64,000 bases of DNA from a virus (Duplodnaviria > Caudoviricetes): the IMG/VR virus record IMGVR_UViG_3300036770_002726, positions 541 to 64,540 of that record. The stretch is one strand, 5' to 3'. Below, in pieces: positions 55,672 through 64,000 of the stretch (position 1 is its first letter; each line of letters opens with the position of its first letter). The notes under the pieces were generated by a model that worked only from the letters and a program-made list of their open reading frames with translations, did no database searches and was not told where the DNA came from. Position numbers and translations under genes: made by a program.

Positions 55672-58500
55672 ATGAAAAATATCTTTCTAGTCCTATTACT
55701 CCTATTATCATTTAAATCCTTTTCACAATTTACAATCATTGGTAAAGTTGTTGATGAAAACACAAAAGAACCATTAATTGGTGTTACAGTTATAATTAAA
55801 GAAACTTCAGTTGGAACAACAACAGACATTGAAGGTATATTCACAATAGACTCAGACAAAGACACTGTTACATTAGAGTTTTCATATGTCTCATATAAAA
55901 AAGAAATCCAAGAAGATATTGTATTGGTTGGTGAATTAACAACCATACCTGATATTTTACTTAAAGAGGATGTATTAGAAATTGGTGAAGTTGTTATTAC
56001 CGCAGACAGAATTGTTAAAAATGAAATTGGTTTGATTGATATGAAAATGAAATCAGTCACAATGGTTGATGGTATTAGTTCTGAGAAAATGAAATCAACA
56101 GGTGATGGTAATGCTGTTGAAGCAAGTAAACGAGTCACAGGTGTATCAATAGATAATGGAAAATATGTATATGTTAGAGGATTGGGTGATAGATATTCAA
56201 AGACAATAATGAATGGAGTTGAAATACCAGGATTGGATCCTGATAGAAACTCACTCCAAATGGATATATTCCCCACCAATTTATTAAATAATATTGTCGT
56301 ATCAAAAAGTTTTACATCAGAATTACCAGCAGATTTTACTGGTGGATTAATTAATATTGAAACAAAAGATATACCTGAAACACCACAAGGTTCATTCTCA
56401 CTAACAATTGGTTTCAATAATCAAACCCACTTCAATAATAATTTCTTTAGTGAGAAAGGAAGTATGACTGACATATTAGGATTTGATGGTGGAATAAGAA
56501 GATTACCAAATGAACTAAGAAGTATTTATATCCCAACCCCATTTAATAAACCATCAAGTATAAGTTCAGCACAACATCAACAGAATATTGTTAATACATT
56601 AAGAAGTTTGAATCCTGAATTGGGTGGTGTAAATGGTATGCCATTCTTGGATTTTGGTGGTGGATTTTCTTATGGAAGAACAAATAAAAAGTTTGGTTAT
56701 GTTGTATCATTAAATCAAAAAACAGATTATAGATTTTATACTGATGTAAAGTATGGTGAATACCAAAGGGTAACTGATAACTCACAATATGATTTGATTT
56801 ATGCAACAAAACAATCAGGTCAATTAACTGAAATTAATAATCTATTGGGTGGTTTAATTGGATTCAATTTTGTTAAAGGTAAGAGTAAATACAAATTAAA
56901 TCTAATTCATTTACAGAGTGGTGAGAGTAGAGCTGGTAAGTTCAATATATCAAACAATTCATCAGCGGTTGGACAATCAGGTTATGAAGCAACATCATAT
57001 AATCTTGAATACAATCAAAGAGGATTAACCAATTTGTTATTAAATGGAAAACATAAAATAAATAAATGGAATATTGATTGGAAATTGTCCCCAACTTATT
57101 CATCATCAATTGACCCTGACATTAGAAAGACACCATTTAGTTATGATGGTTCATATTCATTTTCATCTGGTGAAGCGGGAAATCCATCAAGGATATGGAG
57201 AAACTTGGGTGAATTTAATAACCAATCAAAGATTGATATAAATAAAGAATATGAAAACTTCAAATTAAACTTTGGGTTATCTCACGTATATAAATTGAGA
57301 AACTATGAAATCAAGTTATTTGAATTGATGTTTTCAAAACCACAATCTTGGGCATCACCAAACCCCAACCTTGTAATGAATACTGATAACTTATATCCAT
57401 CTGATGTCAATGGAACTTATATTCAATCTGGTAATGTGAATCCAAATCCAAATCAATATTCATCAAATGTTAATAATCTTGGTGTATATGTTTCAGGTGA
57501 TTATAACATTAAGAATAAGTTAAAGATTAATTTGGGTTTAAGAACTGAATACTTTATTCAAAGACATACAGGAAGAGATATAAGATATGCCAATGGTGAT
57601 GTGAATGGAAACAATTTGGTTAATGATAAAGTTATGGAAACCATAAATCTATTCCCATCAACAAATATCATATATTCAATAACACCAAAACAAAATCTAA
57701 GAACATCATATTCAAGAACCATTGCAAGACCATCATTCAAGGAACTATCTTATGCTCAAATATTAGACCCAATCACAAATAGAATATTCAATGGCGGTTT
57801 ATTCACTTATAATGGAACTTGGGGTGGAAATTTGAAATCAACAAATATTGATAACTTGGATTTAAGATGGGAGTTATCAAATAAAAATGATTTCTATTCA
57901 ATATCTGGGTTTTATAAACATTTCAATAATCCAATTGAACTTGTTAGAATACCTGAACAACAAACATCAACTGAATATCAACCAAGAAATGTTGGTAATG
58001 GTGATGTGTATGGATTGGAATTTGAGTTAAGAAAATCGTTTCTAAAGAACTTTTATTTCAATACCAATGTCACACTAGTTAAGTCACAAATAACGATGAC
58101 AGAGACAGAATATCAAGCAAGAAAACAATATGAGAGATTGAATGAGAACATAGACAATACAAGAGTTATGGCAGGACAATCACCATTTGTAATCAATACT
58201 GGATTATCTTATAAGAACGATAAAATTGGGTTGAATGTTGGGTTGTTTTATAATGTAAAAGGACAAACATTATCCATTGTTGGAACTGGTTTATCTCCTG
58301 ATGTTTATGATGAATCATTCCATTCATTGAATCTTTCAGTGAGTCAAAAGATTAAGAATACATCAATTGATTTTAGAGTTCAAAATATTCTTAATGATAG
58401 AGTTGAAAGTTTTTATCACTCCTATAAAGCTAAGAAACAAGTATTCAATAGTGTTAATCCTGGTGTGACTTTAACATTGGGTGTTAGTCATAAGTTCTAA
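55672..58500 (+). CDS. TonB-dependent outer-membrane receptor, Bacteroidota-type
   Basis: Signal peptide; GKVVD..T.EPLIGVTV...GTTTD..G.F (CarboxypepD_reg); EVVITA; YVRGLGDRY plug; RTIARPSF.EL; C-terminal Phe. Confidence 0.93.
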   Translation: MKNIFLVLLLLLSFKSFSQFTIIGKVVDENTKEPLIGVTVIIKETSVGTTTDIEGIFTIDSDKDTVTLEFSYVSYKKEIQEDIVLVGELTTIPDILLKEDVLEIGEVVITADRIVKNEIGLIDMKMKSVTMVDGISSEKMKSTGDGNAVEASKRVTGVSIDNGKYVYVRGLGDRYSKTIMNGVEIPGLDPDRNSLQMDIFPTNLLNNIVVSKSFTSELPADFTGGLINIETKDIPETPQGSFSLTIGFNNQTHFNNNFFSEKGSMTDILGFDGGIRRLPNELRSIYIPTPFNKPSSISSAQHQQNIVNTLRSLNPELGGVNGMPFLDFGGGFSYGRTNKKFGYVVSLNQKTDYRFYTDVKYGEYQRVTDNSQYDLIYATKQSGQLTEINNLLGGLIGFNFVKGKSKYKLNLIHLQSGESRAGKFNISNNSSAVGQSGYEATSYNLEYNQRGLTNLLLNGKHKINKWNIDWKLSPTYSSSIDPDIRKTPFSYDGSYSFSSGEAGNPSRIWRNLGEFNNQSKIDINKEYENFKLNFGLSHVYKLRNYEIKLFELMFSKPQSWASPNPNLVMNTDNLYPSDVNGTYIQSGNVNPNPNQYSSNVNNLGVYVSGDYNIKNKLKINLGLRTEYFIQRHTGRDIRYANGDVNGNNLVNDKVMETINLFPSTNIIYSITPKQNLRTSYSRTIARPSFKELSYAQILDPITNRIFNGGLFTYNGTWGGNLKSTNIDNLDLRWELSNKNDFYSISGFYKHFNNPIELVRIPEQQTSTEYQPRNVGNGDVYGLEFELRKSFLKNFYFNTNVTLVKSQITMTETEYQARKQYERLNENIDNTRVMAGQSPFVINTGLSYKNDKIGLNVGLFYNVKGQTLSIVGTGLSPDVYDESFHSLNLSVSQKIKNTSIDFRVQNILNDRVESFYHSYKAKKQVFNSVNPGVTLTLGVSHKF

Positions 58501-58521
58501 TAAAATATTTTTTGATTATTG

Positions 58522-58553
58522 TTTGGAAATGTCAATTGGTGTGTCTATTTTTG
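58522..58553 (+). promoter_or_regulatory. Bacteroidota-type promoter
   Basis: TTTG-N20-TATTTTTG. Confidence 0.75.
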
Positions 58554-58570
58554 TAAAAAATTAATAGAGT

Positions 58571-59125
58571 ATGAAACACAACATAATTAAAACAAACAAC
58601 TATCTACTTGTTGTAGATGATAGTCAGATTAAAATAGGAGATATTGTATTAGAAAAATACCTTGATGGTACAATAGGATTGGAACAGATTGATACTTTGA
58701 ATGACATTCATAATGTACTACATAAAAAAATCATAGCCCATTTGCCTTTAAATGGGGCTTCCACTCTCAATGGTGTAGATTTATTACCACCAATTGAAGA
58801 TGATGTTGAAAGGTTGGCAGAAGAGTATTCTAAAAATCATTCAATATATGAAACTGCACAAGACGATGTTTATCATGGATTTTTCCAAGGCTATAACAAA
58901 GCCAAAGCGAAGTATAAGTACACAGAGGAGGATATGAGAGAGGCCTTTAAAGCAGGACAATTAGATAAAGGTAATAATTGGTATGGAGGGGATTTTATTG
59001 AATTTATCAAATCCCTCCAACAACCAAAGATGCCTATTGGGTTTGAGTTTGAAACTAAAGATGAGTATTTAAAAAATGGAATTTTAATTAAAACTGAATG
59101 GGTGGGAAAATATATTTTTGATTAA
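58571..59125 (+). CDS. Mosaic hypothetical phage protein
   Basis: KIIAHLPL..., GYNKAK..YTEEDMR modules. Confidence 0.65.
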   Translation: MKHNIIKTNNYLLVVDDSQIKIGDIVLEKYLDGTIGLEQIDTLNDIHNVLHKKIIAHLPLNGASTLNGVDLLPPIEDDVERLAEEYSKNHSIYETAQDDVYHGFFQGYNKAKAKYKYTEEDMREAFKAGQLDKGNNWYGGDFIEFIKSLQQPKMPIGFEFETKDEYLKNGILIKTEWVGKYIFD

Positions 59126-59127
59126 AT

Positions 59128-59158
59128 TTTGAAATAAGAAAATCAAATTGTAATTTTG
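59128..59158 (+). promoter_or_regulatory. Bacteroidota-type promoter driving the tRNA-like RNAs
   Basis: TTTG-N19-TAATTTTG, ending 9 nt before the RNA. Confidence 0.8.
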
Positions 59159-59167
59159 TGACACAAT

Positions 59168-59292
59168 AGTCCTGTGGCGGAATTGGTAGACGCAATAGTA
59201 GACGATTCTCAGTCCTAACTACAAAGAGTAGCTAACTTTGAAAGTGGGTGTCAGGTTAATCTGAGATACAGGTTCGAATCCTGTCAGGACTA
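59168..59292 (+). ncRNA. tRNA-framed RNA 1 (Leu-type D arm, no canonical anticodon arm)
   Basis: Acceptor AGTCCTG/CAGGACT, D arm GCG-GAATTGGTAGA-CGC, T arm ACAGG-TTCGAAT-CCTGT, about 75-nt insert. Confidence 0.7.
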
Positions 59293-59297
59293 CAAAA

Positions 59298-59407
59298 AGT
59301 TAGGTTGGAAGTTGGTAATCCGCCGGAGGAAAGGAGTTCGTTTGGAGGAGTAAAATCTGAGAACAAATGATTATCTGAGAATACAGGTTCGAATCCTGTC
59401 CTAACTA
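59298..59407 (+). ncRNA. tRNA-framed RNA 2 (degenerate)
   Basis: Acceptor AGTTAGG/CCTAACT; T arm identical to RNA 1; atypical core. Confidence 0.6.
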
Positions 59408-59562
59408 CAAAAAATTATAAAAATGAAAACTGAAAAAGAAAAAATTGAATTAGAAATTAAAAAGTTAACTGATAAAAGGGATAATTCCTCCGATACCTTT
59501 ACTAGAATTAAACTATTTCAACAAATAAAAAAACTTAAAGAAAAATTAGAAAAATTAATATA

Positions 59563-59814
59563 ATGTACAGATTAACCAGAGAAAGAGACAATAAAACCAT
59601 AATAGGTGAACAAGTGATATTCATTGAATGGGATGAAGATGGAAGATTTTCAAATAAACACGATGAACCAGCTGAAGGTAGGTCAGTTATGATTGACCCC
59701 CATCATTTCAGTTATACTTGGTTAACCACAGAAATTACCTCATTCACCAAAGATGGAAATAAATTAATATTTTCAACCAAAAACTCAAATTACATTTTGG
59801 AAATTGAGGATTAA
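59563..59814 (+). CDS. Hypothetical protein
   Basis: W.TT.I...F.TKNS.Y pattern. Confidence 0.6.
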   Translation: MYRLTRERDNKTIIGEQVIFIEWDEDGRFSNKHDEPAEGRSVMIDPHHFSYTWLTTEITSFTKDGNKLIFSTKNSNYILEIED

Positions 59815-59826
59815 ATCATATCTTTG
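59796..59826 (+). promoter_or_regulatory. Bacteroidota-type promoter
   Basis: TTTG-N19-TATCTTTG. Confidence 0.75.
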
Positions 59827-59847
59827 TCCTAACAAAAAAACACAATA

Positions 59848-60258
59848 ATGGAATTTATCACACACACTCAAGCTTTAGAACTGAAACAACTGGGATTCGA
59901 TGAACTTTGTTGGGCTTGGTACAATATACCTGATGAAGATGTCAGATATTGTTATTCAGAACAAAGAAGTCCAATTACAAATAGTCATGAAGAATGGAGT
60001 GCCCAAATTTGGGGAAAGAAGGCTGAGAACATTGGATTGCCAACATCATCACAAGTCTTAAAATGGTTTCGTGAGAAATATGATTATCATTGTGAGATAT
60101 TTGTAGATGATAATAAGACGTTTGGTTTTTTAATCAGTTATTTTATTGAAGATGGCTTCTTAAGAGCTGATAAACCTATACAAAGAGGATATAATTCTTA
60201 TGAAGAAGCTGAAGATGCTTGTATATCCAAGTTAATTGAAGTAGTAAAACAAAAATAG
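59848..60258 (+). CDS. Paralog array member 1 (ALELKxLGF family)
   Basis: QALELKQLGFDE.C / P..QV.KWFREKY / YEEAEDACI.KLIE. Confidence 0.75.
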   Translation: MEFITHTQALELKQLGFDELCWAWYNIPDEDVRYCYSEQRSPITNSHEEWSAQIWGKKAENIGLPTSSQVLKWFREKYDYHCEIFVDDNKTFGFLISYFIEDGFLRADKPIQRGYNSYEEAEDACISKLIEVVKQK

Positions 60259-60259
60259 T

Positions 60260-60652
60260 ATGGAAAACTTATTTGTATCTTACGAACACGCACTCCAACT
60301 TAAACAGTTGGGATTTAATGAACCTTGTTTAAAAGTTGGTAATCCAAACGGACATATTTTGTGGAAGTTTATGGATGTTCTTGATGTTGAAGGTGTTGAT
60401 ATTGGTGATATAATGAAAGAGAAGTTTGATGATAGGTTTGTTGAAATACCACTCAAACAACAAGTTTATGTATGGTTTATAGAAAAACAAGGATTGAGTA
60501 GTTGGATACTGAGTATAAGTGACCCAAAAGAAACTGACACAAAATACTCATATAAAATTAAAAATTGTGATGACAAATTATTATTTGATAATTTAGAAGA
60601 AGCTGAAGATGCTTGTATTAATAAATTAATTGAAATTCTTAAACAAAAATAA
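60260..60652 (+). CDS. Paralog array member 2
   Basis: Same three conserved blocks. Confidence 0.75.
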   Translation: MENLFVSYEHALQLKQLGFNEPCLKVGNPNGHILWKFMDVLDVEGVDIGDIMKEKFDDRFVEIPLKQQVYVWFIEKQGLSSWILSISDPKETDTKYSYKIKNCDDKLLFDNLEEAEDACINKLIEILKQK

Positions 60653-60653
60653 T

Positions 60654-61025
60654 ATGAAAGATTTATTTTCATCTTATGAACAATCAATCCAACTTAAAGA
60701 AATTGGAATGGATTTAGGGTGGGATAACTATTTACAATTCTATGATTCCTCGACAAAAGAATTTTGTGATGTAATGAAAGATGTTCCAGCACCGCTCAAA
60801 ACCCAAGTCTTCAAATGGTTTCGTGAAAAATATAATATATTATATGATATTGTTTTTTTCAGAGAAGATAAAAGAACAAAAAAAGGTTATTGGTATAAAA
60901 TAAATAAATGGAATACTGATATGGTAAAAAGAGAAATTATATCTAATAATTCTTATTTTTATACCTACGAAGAAGCTGAAGATGCTTGTATAACCAAATT
61001 AATTGAAATAGTTAAACAAAACTAA
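60654..61025 (+). CDS. Paralog array member 3
   Basis: Same three conserved blocks; ATG 60654. Confidence 0.75.
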   Translation: MKDLFSSYEQSIQLKEIGMDLGWDNYLQFYDSSTKEFCDVMKDVPAPLKTQVFKWFREKYNILYDIVFFREDKRTKKGYWYKINKWNTDMVKREIISNNSYFYTYEEAEDACITKLIEIVKQN

Positions 61026-61026
61026 T

Positions 61027-61374
61027 ATGGAAAATCAATTCGTATCATACGAACAAGCATTAGAACTTAAAGAACTAGGATTCAATGAACCTTGTTTTGG
61101 ATGGTGGTTTGTAGATGAAAAAATGCTTTTTATTGAAAAATCTAAAAAATCAACATCAGATAATATTTTACAAGCTCCACTCAAACAACAAGTTCTACGA
61201 TGGTTCAGAGAGAAGTATGAATTGCATGGGTATATTGAAGGAATGTATCCTTGGTGTAGATACTACATTAACTCAGAAGATGATAGGTGGGAGGGACATA
61301 AATACAATACGTATGAGGAATGCGAGAATTCCCTTACCAACAAATTAATTGAAATCGTTAAAAACAAACCATAA
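61027..61374 (+). CDS. Paralog array member 4
   Basis: Same three conserved blocks. Confidence 0.75.
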   Translation: MENQFVSYEQALELKELGFNEPCFGWWFVDEKMLFIEKSKKSTSDNILQAPLKQQVLRWFREKYELHGYIEGMYPWCRYYINSEDDRWEGHKYNTYEECENSLTNKLIEIVKNKP

Positions 61375-61760
61375 TGGAAAACTTATTTGTATCTTATGAA
61401 CAAGCACTCCAACTTAAAGAAATTGGATTTAATGAACCTTGTTTTGGGTATTATTATACATTAAATGGGAAAGATTGGAAATTTGTTGAAAAAACTGAAT
61501 TTTATAGATTAGATGATGAAATAAATATTGGTTATAAATTTTCCTTATTAGCACCACTCAAACAACAAGTTCTACGATGGTTTCGTGAGAAATATAATAT
61601 CATTGGACTCATTGAAGGGGGTTTTGATATGACAAACATATTCACATATTGTATATGGGAGGGATTCAAAGATAAAATTTATGATGATTATTATGGAACT
61701 TATGAGGAGGCTGAAGATGTTCTAATTAATATATTGATTGATAAAGTTAAAAACAAATAA
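61374..61760 (+). CDS. Paralog array member 5
   Basis: Same three conserved blocks. Confidence 0.75.
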   Translation: MENLFVSYEQALQLKEIGFNEPCFGYYYTLNGKDWKFVEKTEFYRLDDEINIGYKFSLLAPLKQQVLRWFREKYNIIGLIEGGFDMTNIFTYCIWEGFKDKIYDDYYGTYEEAEDVLINILIDKVKNK

Positions 61761-61761
61761 T

Positions 61762-62514
61762 ATGAAAAACATATATGTATTACCAACAGATAAACCAAGT
61801 AGGTTAACATTACTCAATGGTGAAAGATTATTGTTTAGTAAAGAAGATTGTGAATTATCTAAACATAAAAGATGCGTCAATCAACACATATACATCACTT
61901 CTGATGAAGAGATTAAAGAAGGAATCAATCAATGGTATTTAGATAAGGTATTAAATAAACCTTATAATTCAGGTGGGGCTCAATACTCTTCTAATCAAAA
62001 TGTAATCATCCTAACAACAGATGGTGACTTAATCAAAGATGGTATTCAAGCTATTGATGATGAGTTTTTAGAATGGTACGTTAAGAATCCAAGTTGTGAG
62101 TATATTGGGATTGATTTAATTCCTGTAAATGAGTTTGGTTCACACATTACAATTGACAGTTATGGTTTTGATAAGTTTATTTACAAAATCATCATTCCAA
62201 AAGAACTTCATATTTGTAAGTACTGTGGAGCTGAAACTATTCAATCTGATGATGAATGTTATGCTAAACCTAAAAAAGAAACTCTTGAAGAAGCAGCTGA
62301 AAAATGGGTATTTGAAACAAATGGGCATAAATGGTCGAATAATGATGATACAGGTGGAGATAATTATGGTTCTTTTATAGCAGGTGCTAAATGGCAAGCT
62401 GAACAAATTAAACATAAAATATCTGAAGCATATGAACGTGGATTAAATGCACTAATCCCACTAATTGAAAACTTAAATAAAGAAATTACTGAATTAAAAA
62501 GAAAAGGGATATGA
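61762..62514 (+). CDS. Mosaic hypothetical phage protein
   Basis: MKNIYVLPTDKPSRL...IILTTD.DLIKDG.QAIDDEFLEW; ETLEEAAE...FIAGAKWQ modules. Confidence 0.7.
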   Translation: MKNIYVLPTDKPSRLTLLNGERLLFSKEDCELSKHKRCVNQHIYITSDEEIKEGINQWYLDKVLNKPYNSGGAQYSSNQNVIILTTDGDLIKDGIQAIDDEFLEWYVKNPSCEYIGIDLIPVNEFGSHITIDSYGFDKFIYKIIIPKELHICKYCGAETIQSDDECYAKPKKETLEEAAEKWVFETNGHKWSNNDDTGGDNYGSFIAGAKWQAEQIKHKISEAYERGLNALIPLIENLNKEITELKRKGI

Positions 62515-62933
62515 TACAACTAAAATGGCTTAAATCACAATTGGAATCCTATGGTACTCCAGACCAATGTGAAATTGATTGGAAAACATTAGATGAACTA
62601 TTTGAACAAGCAAAACAAATGGACGAACTTAAAGGTAAAACATTTCAAATGACTGATGCTCACTTGAAACTATTGAGTAATCTTAATGTTGTATGGAGAA
62701 CCTGTGAATACGGAGCACCAGCAATTGATTGTAAAAGGCCATACGGAAATAGTGATGTTGAAAGTGATATTGCTGAAATATTAGGTTGGGATGAACCATC
62801 AACAAACTCAGCAGAAAGAATACACAGAGAACTTGAAACAGCTCTCCAAATAGTCTTGGTTACTCAAAAGTTTGAACCAGGATTATACCACCTTAAAAAT
62901 GAATATACAACAGACTGGATAAAAATTGGATAA
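62511..62933 (+). CDS. Hypothetical protein
   Basis: GAPAIDCKRPYGNSDV motif. Confidence 0.65.
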   Translation: MIQLKWLKSQLESYGTPDQCEIDWKTLDELFEQAKQMDELKGKTFQMTDAHLKLLSNLNVVWRTCEYGAPAIDCKRPYGNSDVESDIAEILGWDEPSTNSAERIHRELETALQIVLVTQKFEPGLYHLKNEYTTDWIKIG

Positions 62934-63312
62934 TATGAGAATGGCCAAAGCCCCACAGAAACACATTGATAAATTGAGAAACTTCTTACAATTCACAGAA
63001 GAATTATGTAGGATTGACCCAACCAATAGTAAAGAATGGGAAAAACTTAAAGAAGTTTGGGAAGACGATGAAGATTATACAGAAATAATCAAAGATTGTG
63101 AAGATAAAGATGGGTTTAATTACGAATTTTATTTTGATTATTTTCATTCCAATATATCTTACATCTATGGAAGAATATTAATGGGATATGAAGTTTTAGT
63201 TGAAAATGCTTGTAATCCTAAACTTGACTATTTGGATTATAATGACGATATTAAAAAAGGATTAGAATTATTAGAAAAAACAGAAGAAAATGAAAGACAG
63301 AATACAAATTGA
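62926..63312 (+). CDS. Hypothetical protein
   Basis: ORF. Confidence 0.6.
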   Translation: MDNMRMAKAPQKHIDKLRNFLQFTEELCRIDPTNSKEWEKLKEVWEDDEDYTEIIKDCEDKDGFNYEFYFDYFHSNISYIYGRILMGYEVLVENACNPKLDYLDYNDDIKKGLELLEKTEENERQNTN

Positions 63313-63658
63313 TGGTGTTTGGTATGTTAGAGAAACTGAACCACAACCTGAATTCCTTGATGTAAAAATACATACATCATTAAGTGTTCATTGTGAAAAT
63401 GATGACTATGTTTGGGAAGCCATAAGAACATACAAAGATGATAATGAAACTTTCTATGAAGGTTTTGATATTAAGTTTACTAATAAAAATATTATCCAAC
63501 CTTTGGAAGAAGAATATTGGGATAATATGAAATGGATTAAAGGTGTTTATGAAAATAACCCAGATTCAATCAAGGAAGCGTTAGAAGAAATGAATGAAAA
63601 TGGCATTAAACACTTTAGGTCATTTCTTAACGAATTAAATAAATTAGGATGGTTCTGA
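63290..63658 (+). CDS. Hypothetical protein
   Basis: RIQIDGVWYVRE N-terminus. Confidence 0.6.
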   Translation: MKDRIQIDGVWYVRETEPQPEFLDVKIHTSLSVHCENDDYVWEAIRTYKDDNETFYEGFDIKFTNKNIIQPLEEEYWDNMKWIKGVYENNPDSIKEALEEMNENGIKHFRSFLNELNKLGWF

Positions 63659-63704
63659 TATGATACTAAAGGGAATTATAAAAATGATGAATCTTTAAAT
63701 GTTT

Positions 63705-63756
63705 TATAACGGTTGGGTATATGTGTTCGTTTTAATGACACATATTCTTTGTTATA
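63705..63756. repeat. Short attC-like hairpin
   Basis: TATAAC-GGTTG-GGTATATGTGT...ACACATATTC-TTT-GTTATA. Confidence 0.65.
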
Positions 63757-63780
63757 TTTAGTATCAAAAATTTTATACAA

Positions 63781-64000
63781 ATGAAAAATATGAATTTACC
63801 AGAAAAGATTAAACTGAATGGTTATGGAGAAATGATTGAATTTTCTTTGACCGACAAACGAGAAATAAAATACTACGGAAAAACAAAAACATCAAATGAA
63901 AGTTTATGGAGAACTGATAAGTTAAAAGATAATGAAGTATTTTATCAAACTGAATGGGGTTGGGGTGTTTTTGTTGATATGTATAAAATGGAAACCATTT
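63781..64000 (+). CDS. Hypothetical protein, truncated by window end
   Basis: Open frame from ATG 63781 to the edge. Confidence 0.5.
   Translation, partial: MKNMNLPEKIKLNGYGEMIEFSLTDKREIKYYGKTKTSNESLWRTDKLKDNEVFYQTEWGWGVFVDMYKMETI

Noticed and set aside
55644-56417. 257-aa minus-strand ORF
   Set aside because: Lies almost entirely antisense to the TBDR; Ser/Ile/Thr-rich shadow with no motifs
59168-59407. tmRNA or standard tRNA call
   Set aside because: No Ala-type G3:U70 acceptor, no tag ORF, too short for tmRNA; no assignable anticodon loop
1-64000. Stop-codon reassignment
   Set aside because: Conserved genes are full length in the standard code, and TAA, TAG and TGA all end genes

Overview
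AT-rich, gene-dense, mostly + strand segment of what looks like a large (jumbo-type) dsDNA bacteriophage infecting Bacteroidota. Host inference: TTTG-N19/20-TAnnTTTG promoters, A-rich non-Shine-Dalgarno starts, a Bacteroidota-type primary-sigma homolog and a CarboxypepD-type TonB-dependent receptor. Recognisable genes: SbcD/SbcC-like recombination nuclease subunits (13 kb apart), thyA, a type IIG-like restriction-modification fusion, four stand-alone DNA methyltransferases, sigma70, DnaJ, SmpB, thioredoxin, glutaredoxin, amidase, NUDIX, DHH and HAD enzymes, GIY-YIG nucleases, a kinase-like protein and a TBDR. The most unusual structures are: (1) an array upstream of thyA of mini-genes that share the nucleotide borders of a variable ThyA insertion and are joined by a repeated 23-bp junction; (2) scattered attC-like hairpin/cassette units ending in a shared TAACTARAATATATAC motif, with no integrase in the window; (3) a recurrent N-terminal leader peptide on unrelated payload proteins behind an ATATTTAT motif, possibly a capsid-targeting system; (4) two tandem tRNA-framed RNAs lacking a normal anticodon arm; (5) promoter-repeat cassette arrays and paralog arrays with conserved/variable block structure. 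All calls come from motif recognition by eye; no database searches were run.
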